Of a DNA stretch of 64,000 nucleotides, positions 48,979 through 61,020 are shown in pieces. The stretch is taken from the NCBI RefSeq assembly GCF_009931435.1, contig NZ_CP043414.1. The stretch is one strand, 5' to 3'. Each line of letters starts with the position of its first letter. Position 1 is the first letter of the stretch. The stretch comes from Escherichia coli (GTDB lineage Bacteria; Pseudomonadota; Gammaproteobacteria; Enterobacterales; Enterobacteriaceae). The notes beneath the pieces are model-generated. The model saw only the letters and a program-made list of their open reading frames with translations. It was not told where the DNA came from and did not search any database. Made by a program: the position numbers and the translations under genes.

Positions 48979-49680
48979 ATGAAACATGACCATTTTGTTG
49001 TTCAAAGCCCGGATAAACCTGCACAACAGTTGTTACTGCTTTTCCACGGTGTCGGGGATAACCCGGTAGCAATGGGAGAGATCGGCAGCTGGTTTGCGCC
49101 GCTATTTCCTGATGCGCTGGTAGTGAGCGTCGGAGGCGCGGAGCCGAGCGGTAATCCGGCGGGGCGTCAGTGGTTTTCGGTGCAGGGTATTACGGAAGAT
49201 AATCGCCAGGCGCGTGTGGATGCCATCATGCCGACGTTTATTGAGACGGTGCGCTACTGGCAGAAACAGAGCGGAGTAGGGGCAAACGCCACGGCGCTAA
49301 TCGGTTTCTCACAAGGCGCGATTATGGCGCTGGAGAGCATTAAAGCCGAACCGGGTCTTGCTTCGCGCGTCATTGCCTTTAACGGACGTTATGCCAGCTT
49401 GCCGGAAACCGCGTCTACAGCCACGACAATTCACTTGATTCATGGCGGTGAAGATCCGGTTATCGATCTGGCGTATGCGGTTGCGGCGCAGGAAGCGTTA
49501 ATCAGTGCCGGTGGCGATGTGACGCTGGATATTGTGGAGGATTTAGGCCATGCGATCGACAATCGCAGTATGCAATTTGCCCTGGATCACTTGCGTTATA
49601 CCATTCCGAAACATTATTTCGACGAAGCGCTAAGTGGTGGCAAACCTGGCGATGATGATGTAATTGAAATGATGCAATAA
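48979..49680 (+). CDS. ypfH: Esterase/carboxylesterase YpfH
   Basis: About 233 aa from the ATG at 48979 (MKHDHFVVQSPDKPAQQLLLLFHGVGDN...); alpha/beta hydrolase with GFSQGA nucleophile elbow. Confidence 0.88.
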   Translation: MKHDHFVVQSPDKPAQQLLLLFHGVGDNPVAMGEIGSWFAPLFPDALVVSVGGAEPSGNPAGRQWFSVQGITEDNRQARVDAIMPTFIETVRYWQKQSGVGANATALIGFSQGAIMALESIKAEPGLASRVIAFNGRYASLPETASTATTIHLIHGGEDPVIDLAYAVAAQEALISAGGDVTLDIVEDLGHAIDNRSMQFALDHLRYTIPKHYFDEALSGGKPGDDDVIEMMQ

Positions 49681-49687
49681 TAGCCTG

Positions 49688-49767
49688 GTAGGCCTGATAA
49701 GACGCGTGAGCGTCGCATCAGGCATCGTTCACCATTGCCGGATGCGGCATTAACGCCTTATCCGGCC
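49688..49767. repeat. REP/BIME cluster
   Basis: GGCCTGATAAGACGCGTGAGCGTCGCATCAGGC ... GCCGGATGCGGCATTAACGCCTTATCCGGCC palindromic units between convergent ypfH and ypfN. Confidence 0.7.
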
Positions 49768-49774
49768 ACTTAGC

Positions 49775-49975
49775 TTACTTCTTCGGTTGATCCTTTTTCG
49801 GCCAATCGTCGTCATCGTCCCACTTATCGTTGAAATCACGATGCGGGGGAAGCTCCGGTTTGTTGGCGAGAAATTTCTTATGGTCGACGCGCTTGAGATC
49901 TTTAATCACGTTCAGCAGGACGCCTACCAAAAAGACAATCACCAGAATCCACCAATATTTAGCCAGCCAATCCAT
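49775..49975 (-). CDS. ypfN: Small membrane protein YpfN (UPF0370)
   Basis: 66 aa from the ATG at 49975 ([25 protein letters not shown]...). Confidence 0.8.
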
Positions 49976-50002
49976 GCTTATTTCCTCTTGCAGAACCACT
50001 CA

Positions 50003-51130
50003 TCAGGCGACGAGCTGTTCCATGATACGTTGATACATACGGGCAAGTAGCTGCAGGTCGGCAGCGTTCACACATTCATTAATTTTATGAATAGTGGCAT
50101 TGACCGGCCCGAGTTCCACCACCTGCGCCCCCATGCGGGCAATAAAGCGCCCGTCGGACGTTCCGCCTGTGGTCAGTAGCTGCGGTTTAATTTCATTATA
50201 GTGCTCAACCGCGTTAACGACCGCATCCACCAGTTTGCCGCGCGCGGTCAAAAATGGCTGCCCGGAAAGCCACCAATCCACCGTATAACGCAGTTGATGT
50301 TTTTCAAGCAGGGCAAGCACCTGCGCTTTGATCATCTCATCCGTCAGTTCGGTGCTGAAGCGGAAGTTAAACTGCACAAACAGTTCACCCGGAATAACGT
50401 TGTTACTGCCCGTTCCCGCCTGAATATTGGCAATCTGCATACTGGTCGCCGGGAAGAATTCATTACCCTGATCCCACTCAATAGCCACTAATTCATTAAG
50501 GAAAGGTGCTGCGCGATGTACCGGGTTGTCAGCCAGATGCGGGTAGGCTACATGCCCCTGCACGCCATGAATGGTGAGGTTGCAGGTTAACGATCCGCGA
50601 CGACCATTTTTCACCACGTCACCAACCACTTCGATGCTCGATGGTTCGCCGACCAGGCAGTAATCGAGACGCTCATTACGCGCCATTAACGCTTCGACGA
50701 CTTTTACCGTACCGTTGTGGGCACTGGCTTCTTCATCAGAAGTGATCAGAAATGCCAGTCGGCCTGTATGGTTGGGATGTTGCGCGACAAAACGTTCTGC
50801 TGCTACCACCATCGCCGCCAGTGAGCCTTTCATATCTGCCGCACCACGCCCGAACAACATGCCGTCACGAATGGTTGGTTCAAACGGCGGATTAATCCAA
50901 CGGTCGGCGTCGCCAGGCGGTACCACATCGGTATGCCCGGCAAAGGCTAACGTTTCGCCCTGCCCACGCCACGCCCAAAAGTTTTGCGTATCGGCAAAGT
51001 CCATGCGTTCAACGGTAAAACCGATCGCCTGCAGACGTTCGATCATGATTGCCTGACATCCCGCATCATCAGGGCTTAAGGATGGGCGGCGAATAAGCTG
51101 CTGGGTCAGCTCAATAACCGGGCACGACAT
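50003..51130 (-). CDS. dapE: Succinyl-diaminopimelate desuccinylase
   Basis: 375 aa M20 peptidase family, [24 protein letters not shown]... Confidence 0.96.
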   Translation of the reverse strand: MSCPVIELTQQLIRRPSLSPDDAGCQAIMIERLQAIGFTVERMDFADTQNFWAWRGQGETLAFAGHTDVVPPGDADRWINPPFEPTIRDGMLFGRGAADMKGSLAAMVVAAERFVAQHPNHTGRLAFLITSDEEASAHNGTVKVVEALMARNERLDYCLVGEPSSIEVVGDVVKNGRRGSLTCNLTIHGVQGHVAYPHLADNPVHRAAPFLNELVAIEWDQGNEFFPATSMQIANIQAGTGSNNVIPGELFVQFNFRFSTELTDEMIKAQVLALLEKHQLRYTVDWWLSGQPFLTARGKLVDAVVNAVEHYNEIKPQLLTTGGTSDGRFIARMGAQVVELGPVNATIHKINECVNAADLQLLARMYQRIMEQLVA

Positions 51131-51133
51131 AGA

Positions 51134-51508
<375 letters not shown>

Positions 51509-51870
51509 TTATGAGAATAAATACTCATTTAAGGGTGAAAACATTTTGCCTGCAAATGATTATCAAGAAATATAACATTATCGAAGTATTCAAATTAACA
51601 ACTATTAAATAATATTAAACATTTTTAACGTAAGCATTAAGAATATTCACCTTGTTATCTGCCTGTATTTTAAACAGAATTAAACCAGTACTAGATTCCG
51701 TATGAATATCTCGAAATGTTGCTGTGTATCACATACAAATCATTGCTGCAGGACCATAGTATTTACATAAAGTTTGTCCCCCGGAGGTAGTCATCGCAGC
51801 AATCGAGTAAATTAGCTTCACCACGGTATATTGTTTCCGTAGAATACCCATAATTATAAGAGAGGTTGTT

Positions 51871-51930
51871 ATGATTGAACGTGAACTGGGGAACTGGAAA
51901 GACTTTATCGAAGTTATGCTTCGTAAGTAA
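51871..51930 (+). CDS. ypfM: 19-aa micro-protein YpfM
   Basis: ATGATTGAACGTGAACTGGGGAACTGGAAAGACTTTATCGAAGTTATGCTTCGTAAGTAA encodes MIERELGNWKDFIEVMLRK; Shine-Dalgarno AGAGG 6 nt upstream. Not in the ORF track because it is too short. Confidence 0.7.
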   Translation: MIERELGNWKDFIEVMLRK

Positions 51931-51990
51931 TTCCTGAGACAAAGTACAAACAGAAAGTACCTGCTGAACAGGTTCTTTATCGGAAAGTTG

Positions 51991-52024
51991 AAAAAGGCGA
52001 CACATTGGTATGTCGCCTTTTTAA
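51991..52024. terminator. Bidirectional intrinsic terminator between ypfM and acrD
   Basis: AAAAAGGCGACA / TGTCGCCTTTTT hairpin flanked by A- and T-runs. Confidence 0.7.
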
Positions 52025-52028
52025 TTGC

Positions 52029-55000
52029 TTATTCCGGGCGTGGCTTCAGCGGGAAGCGGCGGCGCACCAGCACAAAGAACAGCGGCACGAAGTAAATAGC
52101 CAGAATCGTGGCCGAAATCATCCCGCCCATTACGCCAGTACCCACCGCATGCTGGCCACCGGAACCGGCCCCTGTGCTGGTTGCCATTGGCAATACGCCG
52201 AAGATAAAGGCCAGAGAGGTCATCAGAATCGGACGTAAACGCTGACGGCAGGCGTGGAGCGTCGCTTCAAACAGGTCGTGGCCTTTTTGGTTCATCTCGT
52301 TAGCAAACTCGACGATAAGGATGGCGTTTTTCGCTGATAAACCAATCACCGTTAACAGGCCTACCTGGAAGTAAACGTCGTTTTCCAGCCCGCGCAGCCA
52401 TGTTGCCAGCAGCGCGCCGATAACGCCCAGCGGCACGACCAGCATTACCGAGAACGGCACCGACCAGCTTTCATACAGCGCCGCCAGACACAGGAATACC
52501 ACCAGCAATGAAATGGCATACAGCGCCGGAGCCTGCGCGCCGGAGAGTCGCTCCTGATACGACATCGCCGTCCATTCCAGACCAAAGCCGCTTGGCAACT
52601 GCTTCACTAACGATTCCATAATATCCATCGCCGTACCGGTGCTGACCCCCGGTGCGGCTTCCCCGACAATCTCTACCGCTGAATAACCGTTATAGCGTTC
52701 CAGACGCGGCGAGCCTGTTTCCCAGCGTGAGGTCGCGAAAGCAGAGAAGGGGACCATGCCACCATCTTTATTTCGTACATACCAGAGATTGATGTCATCT
52801 GGCAGCATGCGATATGGCGCAGCGGCCTGCACATAGACTTTCTTCACGCGACCGCGATCCATAAAGTCATTCACATAGCTCGAACCCCACGCGGTTTGCA
52901 GCGTGTCGTTAATATCGTCGATAGCAACGCCCAGCGCCTGAGCTTTACGCTGATCGATATCAATCTGCAACTGCGGACTGTCGTCGAGGCCGTTATGGCG
53001 TACACGGGTTAACTCCGGATTTTCCGCCGCCAGAGCCAGCAACTGGTTACGTGCTGCCATCAGCGCATCGTGACCCGCACCAGCGTGGTCCTGCAACTCC
53101 ATATCAAAACCCGCAGAACTGCCAAGGCCGCTAATTGCTGGCGGGCTGCTGGCGATAACGCGAGCTTCTTTAATCTTATTAAATTCCTTCGTTGCACGTT
53201 CGATAATGGCAAACGAGGTGCCGGTCTTACTGTCGCGTTCGCTCCAGTCTTTCAGGCGGATAAACATTCGTGCCACGTTTTGCCCGTTCCCCCCGGGGCC
53301 AGAACCAACGGTGGCAAACACCGACATGATATTGTCTTTTTCATGGGTGAAGTAATACTTCTCGATTTGCTCAACGACTTTCAGGGTCTGTTGTTGGGTT
53401 GAACCGCTGGGCAACTGTACCGAGGTAGTAAACATGCCCCGGTCTTCCAGTGGCAAGAACGACGTCGGCAAACGCAGGAACAGGAACACCATGCCGCCAA
53501 GCAGCAGGACATAAATCACAATCCAGCGCAGGCTACGGTGGAGAATTTTCGCCACCCCTTTTTCGTAGCGTTCGGCGTTGCGGTTAAACATCTGGTTAAA
53601 CCAGGCAAAAAAGCCTTTTTGCCCGTGATGCTCACCCTTTTTCAGTGGCTTAAGTAGCGTGGCACACAGAGCCGGAGTGAGGATCATCGCTACCAGTACT
53701 GACAGCACCATCGCCGCAACAATGGTAATAGAGAACTGGCGATAGATGGCACCGGTGGTGCCGCCGAAGAAGGCCATTGGTACAAATACCGCCGAAAGCA
53801 CCATCGCAATCCCGACCAGTGCCCCCTGGATCTGCCCCATCGATTTACGTGTGGCTTCGCGAGGAGTGAGTCCTTCCTCACTCATAATACGTTCGACGTT
53901 TTCCACCACCACGATGGCGTCATCCACCAGCAGACCGATCGCCAGCACCATCGCGAACATGGTTAAGGTGTTGACGCTGTAACCGAAGGCGTAAAGTACG
54001 GAGAAGGTTCCCATCAACACCACCGGCACGGCGATAGTTGGTATCAGCGTGGCACGGAAGTTTTGCAAGAACAGATACATAACGAGGAAAACCAGGGCGA
54101 TAGCTTCCAGCAGCGTTTTCACCACGTCTTCAATGGAGGCTTTAACAAATGAGGTGGTTTCATATGCCACCTTGTATTCCAGTCCATGTGGGAAGTACTG
54201 CGCCAGTTCGTCGAGACGATTGAGTACCAGCTCCGCTGTTGCCATTTCGTTCGCGCCGGAGGCCAGTTTTACCCCCAGCCCGGAGGCTGGCTTACCGTTG
54301 AAGCGGCTGAGATAATCGTATTTCTCTGCCCCCATTTCGACGGTGGCGACATCGCCCAGCCTTACTTCTGAGCCGTCCTGATTCACCCGTAAGGTGATAT
54401 CGCGGAACTGTTCTGGTGTTTGCAGCAGTGACTGGGCGTTAATGGTGGCGTTGAGCGCCTGCTTATCGATGGAAGGCGTACCACCAAGTTGCCCAACCGC
54501 AATCTGCGCGTTCTGTGACTCAATGGCATCAGTGACATCTTTAGCCGTCATCTGAAAACTGTTGAGTTTCGCCGGGTCCAGCCAGATACGCATTGAATAT
54601 TGCGAACCATAGGCATCGATATCCCCGACGCCATTCACGCGGCTTAATGGGTCCTGAATATTACTGGCAACGTAATCGGCAATATCCTGCTTATCCATCG
54701 AACCATCGGTAGAGACGAAGGCAATGGTAAGAATGTTGGTATCGCCGGTTTTACGCACCGTCACGCCCTGATTTTGCACCGCCTGCGGCAACTTTCGCAT
54801 GGCTGATTGCAGCTGGTTTTGTACTTGCTGCACTGCTTCGTCCGGATCGGTGCCCGCTTTAAAACTTAAGGTGACAGATGCCTGACCGGTGCCACTGCTT
54901 TGAGACGACATATACATGAGATTATCGAGGCCGGTCATATTTTGCTCGATAACCTGGGTCACGGTGTTTTCCAGCGTCTGAGCCGATGCGCCGGGGTAGT

Positions 55001-55142
55001 TAGCGGTTACTCGCACGTTAGGCGGTGCAAGATCCGGGTATTGTTCAACGGGCAATGAGAAAATCGCTAGGGTTCCTGTCAGACACAACAGGATTGCCAG
55101 TACCCAAGCAAAAATGGGGCGATCAATAAAGAAATTCGCCAT
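52029..55142 (-). CDS. acrD: RND aminoglycoside efflux pump AcrD
   Basis: 1037 aa, [21 protein letters not shown]... Confidence 0.96.
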   Translation of the reverse strand: MANFFIDRPIFAWVLAILLCLTGTLAIFSLPVEQYPDLAPPNVRVTANYPGASAQTLENTVTQVIEQNMTGLDNLMYMSSQSSGTGQASVTLSFKAGTDPDEAVQQVQNQLQSAMRKLPQAVQNQGVTVRKTGDTNILTIAFVSTDGSMDKQDIADYVASNIQDPLSRVNGVGDIDAYGSQYSMRIWLDPAKLNSFQMTAKDVTDAIESQNAQIAVGQLGGTPSIDKQALNATINAQSLLQTPEQFRDITLRVNQDGSEVRLGDVATVEMGAEKYDYLSRFNGKPASGLGVKLASGANEMATAELVLNRLDELAQYFPHGLEYKVAYETTSFVKASIEDVVKTLLEAIALVFLVMYLFLQNFRATLIPTIAVPVVLMGTFSVLYAFGYSVNTLTMFAMVLAIGLLVDDAIVVVENVERIMSEEGLTPREATRKSMGQIQGALVGIAMVLSAVFVPMAFFGGTTGAIYRQFSITIVAAMVLSVLVAMILTPALCATLLKPLKKGEHHGQKGFFAWFNQMFNRNAERYEKGVAKILHRSLRWIVIYVLLLGGMVFLFLRLPTSFLPLEDRGMFTTSVQLPSGSTQQQTLKVVEQIEKYYFTHEKDNIMSVFATVGSGPGGNGQNVARMFIRLKDWSERDSKTGTSFAIIERATKEFNKIKEARVIASSPPAISGLGSSAGFDMELQDHAGAGHDALMAARNQLLALAAENPELTRVRHNGLDDSPQLQIDIDQRKAQALGVAIDDINDTLQTAWGSSYVNDFMDRGRVKKVYVQAAAPYRMLPDDINLWYVRNKDGGMVPFSAFATSRWETGSPRLERYNGYSAVEIVGEAAPGVSTGTAMDIMESLVKQLPSGFGLEWTAMSYQERLSGAQAPALYAISLLVVFLCLAALYESWSVPFSVMLVVPLGVIGALLATWLRGLENDVYFQVGLLTVIGLSAKNAILIVEFANEMNQKGHDLFEATLHACRQRLRPILMTSLAFIFGVLPMATSTGAGSGGQHAVGTGVMGGMISATILAIYFVPLFFVLVRRRFPLKPRPE

Positions 55143-55305
55143 TAAAAGAGGACCTCGTGTTTCTGCGTATTGTTGTTGGCATGCCTTGCTTCACTGTAGC
55201 GGCAAGGTACGGACCAATCGTGGAGAAAAAAAGGAGTTAATGTAAATTATCATGCCCTTTTATACTGAACCTTAAGTGCAAGTATTCTTTGGTCAGTAGG
55301 TGGCA

Positions 55306-57006
55306 TTACATTAGCTGGCTTTCCTCACCCTCCGCAGAGCGAAAGCTAATACTCACTAACGTGCCGCCACCGGAAGGTTGTGAAAAAGTCAGCGTTCCAC
55401 CCAGTCGTTCCGCGCGTTCGCGCATAATATTCAGACCATAGTGACCTTCGGGTTCTTTCGGTTCTCCGATGCCAATCCCGTTATCACGGATATAGACTGT
55501 GTGATTGCCGTCCGGCGCGGTGACGCAACTAACGGCTATTTCGCTGGCGTTGGCGTGCTTCATCGCATTGAGTACCGCTTCGCGAATAATTTGCAACAAA
55601 TGCACCTGCATTTGCGCATCCAGCGCCAGTGTTGGCAGACGGCAGTCGAGAGTCAGTTTTGCGCTGGTTTGATTTTGTAACGTATCCAGCATTTCCCGCA
55701 ACGCGGAGGGAAGATCCGCTTGCTGCAGCGTCAGGCGGAACGTGGTCAACAGCTCGCGTAACTGTCGATAAGCATCATTCAATGCCTGGGAGAAATCGGC
55801 CATGATATTTTGTGCGGTGGCGTTATCTTCCGGTATCGAACGTTTAAGTAACGTCAACTGGATACGTAAGTAAGAAAGCACCTGGGCCAGCGAATCATGT
55901 AATTCCCGTGCGATGGTGGCACGTTCTTCCATCAACAGTAACTGCTGAAAATGCTTCTGCGCCTGATTAAAGTACAAACCGCGCCCCAGCATCGACGAAA
56001 CGCTGTTAAGCAGCGGTTCTGATGATGACACGTGGCTATTTTGCCAGTGCAGTTCGCCGTAAACCGTCTCTTGCATCGTTACCGGTAAAATCTGCATCGG
56101 CAATTCGGGGTTTGGTTTCCCTTCACTAATCCGCCAGTTTTCACCGACATTCAACTCCAGATATTCAGCCGCTTCATTGTCGCGAACAATCTGCAAAATA
56201 TGGCGGAAACAATGCACATCTATCTGGCTGGTGTTCAGCGCCTGCGAACACTGATACAACACCTCCAGGCGACGCTTGGCCTCGTGGAGATCACGGGTTT
56301 TTTCTTCTACTGACGCTTCCAGCGAACGATACAATTTATGCAGCTCGCTCGACATCTGGTTAAAGGTTTTGGCCAACAGTCCCAGCTCATTGGGCAGACT
56401 TGTATCCAGCGGCGGCGAATCGAACTGGCCGTGTTCAATACGCTGACTGGCGGTAACCAGCTGATTCAGCGGGGCAACCACCTGATGGCGTATGCGGCGC
56501 AGAGTAAAAAAGACCAGCGTGAAAATACCGATGCCGCCAGCCAGGGAGATCGCCACCACCAGCAGCATTTTGCGTTCGGCGTAGTGCTGTAAAGCCAGCA
56601 CGAACAGGTCTATCTGATTAACATAATTATTAATATTGGCCTGATACCACGGCAAATCGCCCTTGCTGAGCCGATTATTCATCTCCAGCCAGTTGGCATT
56701 CAGATGCGCATAGCGGGTTTTTACTGCCTCTGGCACATACCAGACGTTGAGATTGGTTAACACCGGTGAGTGCAGTGCCTGTTGGAACAGTTGGCGATGC
56801 GCATTGAGTTGTGGACTGCCGCTTTGCAAGTCGTAGCCCAGGCGGTAACTCTGCATACGCAACGATCCGGCAATATTGATAGCCTCAGCGTCGCGCAAAC
56901 TGCTCGCCAGAGTTAGCAGTGCGATACCCGTGGAAAGAATCGACAGCAGCACAATGTAAAAAAAGGCCCGGGCCAGACTGGCCGAGACGGGGCGTTTAAC
57001 AATCAC
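55306..57006 (-). CDS. narQ: Nitrate/nitrite sensor histidine kinase NarQ
   Basis: 566 aa from the GTG at 57006 (MIVKRPVSASLARAFFYIVLL...). Confidence 0.93.
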   Translation of the reverse strand: MIVKRPVSASLARAFFYIVLLSILSTGIALLTLASSLRDAEAINIAGSLRMQSYRLGYDLQSGSPQLNAHRQLFQQALHSPVLTNLNVWYVPEAVKTRYAHLNANWLEMNNRLSKGDLPWYQANINNYVNQIDLFVLALQHYAERKMLLVVAISLAGGIGIFTLVFFTLRRIRHQVVAPLNQLVTASQRIEHGQFDSPPLDTSLPNELGLLAKTFNQMSSELHKLYRSLEASVEEKTRDLHEAKRRLEVLYQCSQALNTSQIDVHCFRHILQIVRDNEAAEYLELNVGENWRISEGKPNPELPMQILPVTMQETVYGELHWQNSHVSSSEPLLNSVSSMLGRGLYFNQAQKHFQQLLLMEERATIARELHDSLAQVLSYLRIQLTLLKRSIPEDNATAQNIMADFSQALNDAYRQLRELLTTFRLTLQQADLPSALREMLDTLQNQTSAKLTLDCRLPTLALDAQMQVHLLQIIREAVLNAMKHANASEIAVSCVTAPDGNHTVYIRDNGIGIGEPKEPEGHYGLNIMRERAERLGGTLTFSQPSGGGTLVSISFRSAEGEESQLM

Positions 57007-57211
57007 ACGCGTCTTCTCCACATAAAATCATTAATGTTCCAGTTTGCTGAAATGCAATTTAATCAGTGATGGGATTATTTGATCTGCCACAGTTTATAGC
57101 GAAATAGTGACTTATTCTGGGCACATGAACATTGCCGATTCCCCTGTAAGTCGGGTAATAACAACACTCATATAAAGAATAAGGTTTTTACAACCAAAAA
57201 AGAAGGTCGTT

Positions 57212-59191
57212 ATGAATCGTTTTATTATGGCCAACAGTCAGCAATGTCTGGGTTGTCATGCTTGTGAAATCGCCTGTGTCATGGCTCACAATGATGAGCA
57301 ACATGTCCTGAGCCAACACCATTTTCATCCCCGAATTACGGTTATCAAACATCAGCAGCAACGTAGTGCGGTGACCTGTCACCATTGCGAAGATGCGCCC
57401 TGTGCCCGTAGTTGCCCTAATGGCGCGATCAGCCATGTTGATGACAGCATTCAGGTCAATCAGCAAAAGTGTATTGGCTGTAAATCCTGCGTGGTAGCTT
57501 GTCCATTTGGTACGATGAAAATCGTCCTGATACCCGTCGCGGCAGGCAAAGTTAAAGCCACGGCGCATAAATGCGACCTTTGTGCAGGTCGCGAAAGTGG
57601 TCCTGCCTGTGTCGAGAATTGTCCGGCGGACGCTCTGCAACTGGTCACTGACGCCGCACTTTCCGGCATAGCGAAATCTCGCCGCCTGCGCACCGCACGT
57701 CAGGAGCATCAACCGTGGCATGCCAGTACTGGGGCACCAGAAATGCCGGCGATGAGTAAAGTCGAGCAAATGCAGGCAACCCCCGCGCGAGGCGAGCCGG
57801 ATAAACTGGCGATTGAAGCGCGCAAAACTGGTTTTGATGAAATTTATCTGCCATTTCGCGCCGACCAGGCACAACGGGAAGCCTCGCGTTGCCTGAAGTG
57901 CGGCGAGCACAGCGTTTGTGAATGGACCTGCCCTCTGCATAACCACATTCCGCAGTGGATAGAGCTGGTGAAAGCCGGAAATATCGACGCCGCCGTCGAG
58001 CTTTCTCACCAGACCAACACCCTGCCAGAAATTACCGGACGCGTTTGCCCGCAAGACCGTCTGTGCGAAGGAGCCTGCACCATTCGCGATGAGCACGGAG
58101 CGGTAACTATCGGCAACATCGAACGCTACATTTCGGATCAGGCGTTGGCGAAAGGTTGGCGTCCTGACTTAAGCCATGTCACCAAAGTGGATAAGCGGGT
58201 GGCGATTATCGGTGCAGGTCCGGCAGGGCTAGCCTGTGCGGATGTTCTGATCCGCAATGGCGTGGAGGTGACGGTGTACGATCGCCATCCAGAAATCGGT
58301 GGCCTGCTCACCTTCGGCATTCCTTCTTTCAAACTGGATAAGTCCCTGCTGGCGCGTCGCCGGGAAATCTTCAGCGCGATGGGGATTCACTTCGAACTCA
58401 ATTGTGAAGTGGGTAAAGATGTCTCTTTGGATTCGCTTTTGGAACAATACGACGCGGTCTTCGTTGGCGTAGGCACTTACCGTTCCATGAAAGCGGGTTT
58501 ACCTAATGAAGATGCGCCGGGCGTTTATGACGCGCTGCCATTCCTCATCGCCAACACTAAACAGGTGATGGGACTTGAAGAGTTACCTGAAGAGCCGTTT
58601 ATCAATACCGCCGGACTCAATGTCGTGGTACTGGGCGGTGGCGACACCGCGATGGACTGTGTGCGTACCGCGCTGCGCCATGGCGCGAGTAACGTCACCT
58701 GTGCCTATCGTCGTGATGAAGCTAACATGCCTGGCTCGAAGAAGGAGGTGAAGAACGCCCGCGAAGAGGGGGCAAACTTCGAATTTAACGTCCAGCCGGT
58801 GGCGCTTGAGCTGAATGAGCAAGGTCATGTTTGCGGAATTCGTTTCCTGCGTACGTGTCTTGGCGAGCCGGATGCCCAGGGGCGTCGGCGTCCGGTGCCG
58901 GTGGAAGGCAGTGAGTTTGTGATGCCAGCCGATGCGGTGATCATGGCATTTGGTTTTAATCCTCATGGTATGCCGTGGCTGGAGTCGCACGGTGTAACGG
59001 TGGATAAATGGGGCCGCATCGTAGCGGACGTTGAAAGCCAGTACCGTTACCAGACCACGAATCCGAAAATCTTCGCAGGTGGCGATGCCGTGCGTGGTGC
59101 GGATCTGGTGGTTACCGCAATGGCAGAAGGACGTCATGCGGCACAGGGGATCATTGACTGGCTGGGGGTAAAATCAGTCAAATCTCACTAA
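57212..59191 (+). CDS. aegA: Fe-S/FAD oxidoreductase AegA (GltD-like)
   Basis: 659 aa; N-terminal ferredoxin Cys clusters, C-terminal GltD-like NAD(P)/FAD domain. Confidence 0.93.
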   Translation: MNRFIMANSQQCLGCHACEIACVMAHNDEQHVLSQHHFHPRITVIKHQQQRSAVTCHHCEDAPCARSCPNGAISHVDDSIQVNQQKCIGCKSCVVACPFGTMKIVLIPVAAGKVKATAHKCDLCAGRESGPACVENCPADALQLVTDAALSGIAKSRRLRTARQEHQPWHASTGAPEMPAMSKVEQMQATPARGEPDKLAIEARKTGFDEIYLPFRADQAQREASRCLKCGEHSVCEWTCPLHNHIPQWIELVKAGNIDAAVELSHQTNTLPEITGRVCPQDRLCEGACTIRDEHGAVTIGNIERYISDQALAKGWRPDLSHVTKVDKRVAIIGAGPAGLACADVLIRNGVEVTVYDRHPEIGGLLTFGIPSFKLDKSLLARRREIFSAMGIHFELNCEVGKDVSLDSLLEQYDAVFVGVGTYRSMKAGLPNEDAPGVYDALPFLIANTKQVMGLEELPEEPFINTAGLNVVVLGGGDTAMDCVRTALRHGASNVTCAYRRDEANMPGSKKEVKNAREEGANFEFNVQPVALELNEQGHVCGIRFLRTCLGEPDAQGRRRPVPVEGSEFVMPADAVIMAFGFNPHGMPWLESHGVTVDKWGRIVADVESQYRYQTTNPKIFAGGDAVRGADLVVTAMAEGRHAAQGIIDWLGVKSVKSH

Positions 59192-59258
59192 TAGCCTGCG
59201 CAGACAAATCCGGCTTCACAGCGTAAGATAATTGTTCATTTCGCGCTGTGGAGTCGGT

Positions 59259-59834
59259 ATGACGCAACAAATCACCCTCATCAAAGACAAAATTCTCTCC
59301 GATAACTATTTCACCCTGCACAACATAACTTACGATCTCACGCGAAAAGATGGCGAAGTTATCCGCCATAAACGTGAAGTTTATGATCGCGGTAATGGTG
59401 CGACGATCCTCCTGTACAACGCGAAGAAAAAGACCGTCGTTCTGATTCGTCAGTTCCGCGTCGCTACCTGGGTTAATGGCAATGACAGCGGGCAGCTGAT
59501 TGAAACCTGCGCCGGGCTGCTGGATAACGACGAACCGGAAGTGTGTATTCGCAAAGAAGCGATTGAAGAGACGGGGTATGAAGTTGGCGAAGTCCGCAAA
59601 TTATTTGAACTGTATATGTCGCCAGGCGGTGTGACTGAGCTAATCCACTTTTTTATCGCCGAATACAGTGACAGCCAGCGCGCTAATGCGGGCGGTGGTG
59701 TCGAAGATGAAGATATTGAAGTGCTCGAGCTGCCGTTCAGCCAGGCGCTGGAGATGATCAAAAGCGGCGAAATACGTGACGGTAAGACGGTGTTATTGCT
59801 TAACTATTTGCAAACATCACATTTAATGGACTGA
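59259..59834 (+). CDS. nudK: GDP-mannose pyrophosphatase (Nudix)
   Basis: 191 aa from the ATG at 59259 ([27 protein letters not shown]...); Nudix box [21 protein letters not shown]. Confidence 0.93.
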   Translation: MTQQITLIKDKILSDNYFTLHNITYDLTRKDGEVIRHKREVYDRGNGATILLYNAKKKTVVLIRQFRVATWVNGNDSGQLIETCAGLLDNDEPEVCIRKEAIEETGYEVGEVRKLFELYMSPGGVTELIHFFIAEYSDSQRANAGGGVEDEDIEVLELPFSQALEMIKSGEIRDGKTVLLLNYLQTSHLMD

Positions 59835-59959
59835 AAAATAACAATAATATTTCGTTGTTTATTATTGGCTCAATCCGATAAATCCGATTGAGCCGCGCTA
59901 CCTGCGCAACGAAGATACGACTTGTGCTGTTTGTTTGAACTTCTGGGGTCGTACCGTCC

Positions 59960-61003
59960 ATGCGCTATCGCATTTTCCTTCTCTTTTTTTTCGCTTTGTT
60001 GCCGACGTCTTTGGTGTGGGCGGCACCAGCGCAACGGGCATTTTCCGACTGGCAGGTCACCTGTAATAATCAAAATTTCTGTGTGGCGCGCAATACGGGC
60101 AATCATAATGGACTGGTGATGACCCTGAGCCGCAGCGCCGGGGCGCATACCGATGCCGTTTTACGTATTGAGCGCGGCGGGTTGAAGTCGCCGGGTGCGT
60201 CGGAAGGGGAGATAGCGCCACGGCTGCTGTTAGATGGCGAGCCGTTGGCGTTGAGTGGTAACACGTGGCGGATTTCACCATGGTTATTAGTAACCGATGA
60301 TACGACAACCATCACCGCGTTTTTGCAGATGATTCAGGAAGGGAAAGCGATCACCTTACGCGACGGCGATCAGACCATTTCACTGAGTGGCTTAAAAGCA
60401 GCGTTGTTGTTTATTGATGCCCAGCAAAAGCGCCTCGGCAGTGAAACCGCGTGGATCAAGAAAGGGGACGAACCGCCGCTCAGCGTACCGCCAGCGCCTG
60501 CGCTAAAAGAGGTCGCCGTAGTGAACCCGACGCCGACCCCGCTTTCTCGTGAAGAACGTAACGATTTGCTGGATTACGGTAACTGGCGGATGAATGGTCT
60601 GCGCTGTTCGCTTGATCCGTTGCGTCGTGAAGTGAATGTGACTGCGCTGACCGACGATAAAGCGTTGATGATGATTAGCTGTGAAGCAGGCGCGTATAAC
60701 ACCATTGATCTTGCGTGGATTGTGTCGCGTAAAAAGCCACTGGCCTCGCGCCCGGTACGGTTGCGTTTACCGTTCAACAACGGTCAGGAGACCAATGAAC
60801 TCGAACTGATGAACGCAACATTCGATGAAAAATCGCGTGAACTGGTGACCTTAGCGAAAGGGCGAGGATTAAGCGATTGTGGCATTCAGGCGCGCTGGCG
60901 CTTTGACGGTCAGCGTTTTCGCCTGGTGCGTTACGCTGCAGAACCTACCTGCGATAACTGGCATGGACCAGACGCCTGGCCCACGTTGTGGATCACCCGT
61001 TAA
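59960..61003 (+). CDS. ypfG: DUF1176 periplasmic protein YpfG
   Basis: 347 aa with signal peptide. Confidence 0.88.
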   Translation: MRYRIFLLFFFALLPTSLVWAAPAQRAFSDWQVTCNNQNFCVARNTGNHNGLVMTLSRSAGAHTDAVLRIERGGLKSPGASEGEIAPRLLLDGEPLALSGNTWRISPWLLVTDDTTTITAFLQMIQEGKAITLRDGDQTISLSGLKAALLFIDAQQKRLGSETAWIKKGDEPPLSVPPAPALKEVAVVNPTPTPLSREERNDLLDYGNWRMNGLRCSLDPLRREVNVTALTDDKALMMISCEAGAYNTIDLAWIVSRKKPLASRPVRLRLPFNNGQETNELELMNATFDEKSRELVTLAKGRGLSDCGIQARWRFDGQRFRLVRYAAEPTCDNWHGPDAWPTLWITR

Positions 61004-61020
61004 ACATAATAGCGGGAACA

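Noticed and set aside
51763-52005. 80 aa minus-strand ORF overlapping ypfM
   Set aside because: Lies antisense across the ypfM micro-gene and the acrD terminator; AT-rich intergenic frame.
57007-57211. Possible FNR or NarL sites in the narQ-aegA divergent region
   Set aside because: Only isolated half-sites (for example a single TTGAT) were seen, with no convincing palindrome or heptamer pair, so no call was made.
57188-58096. 302 aa minus-strand ORF overlapping the aegA 5' half
   Set aside because: Antisense to aegA and overlapping the narQ-aegA promoter region; no conserved motifs.
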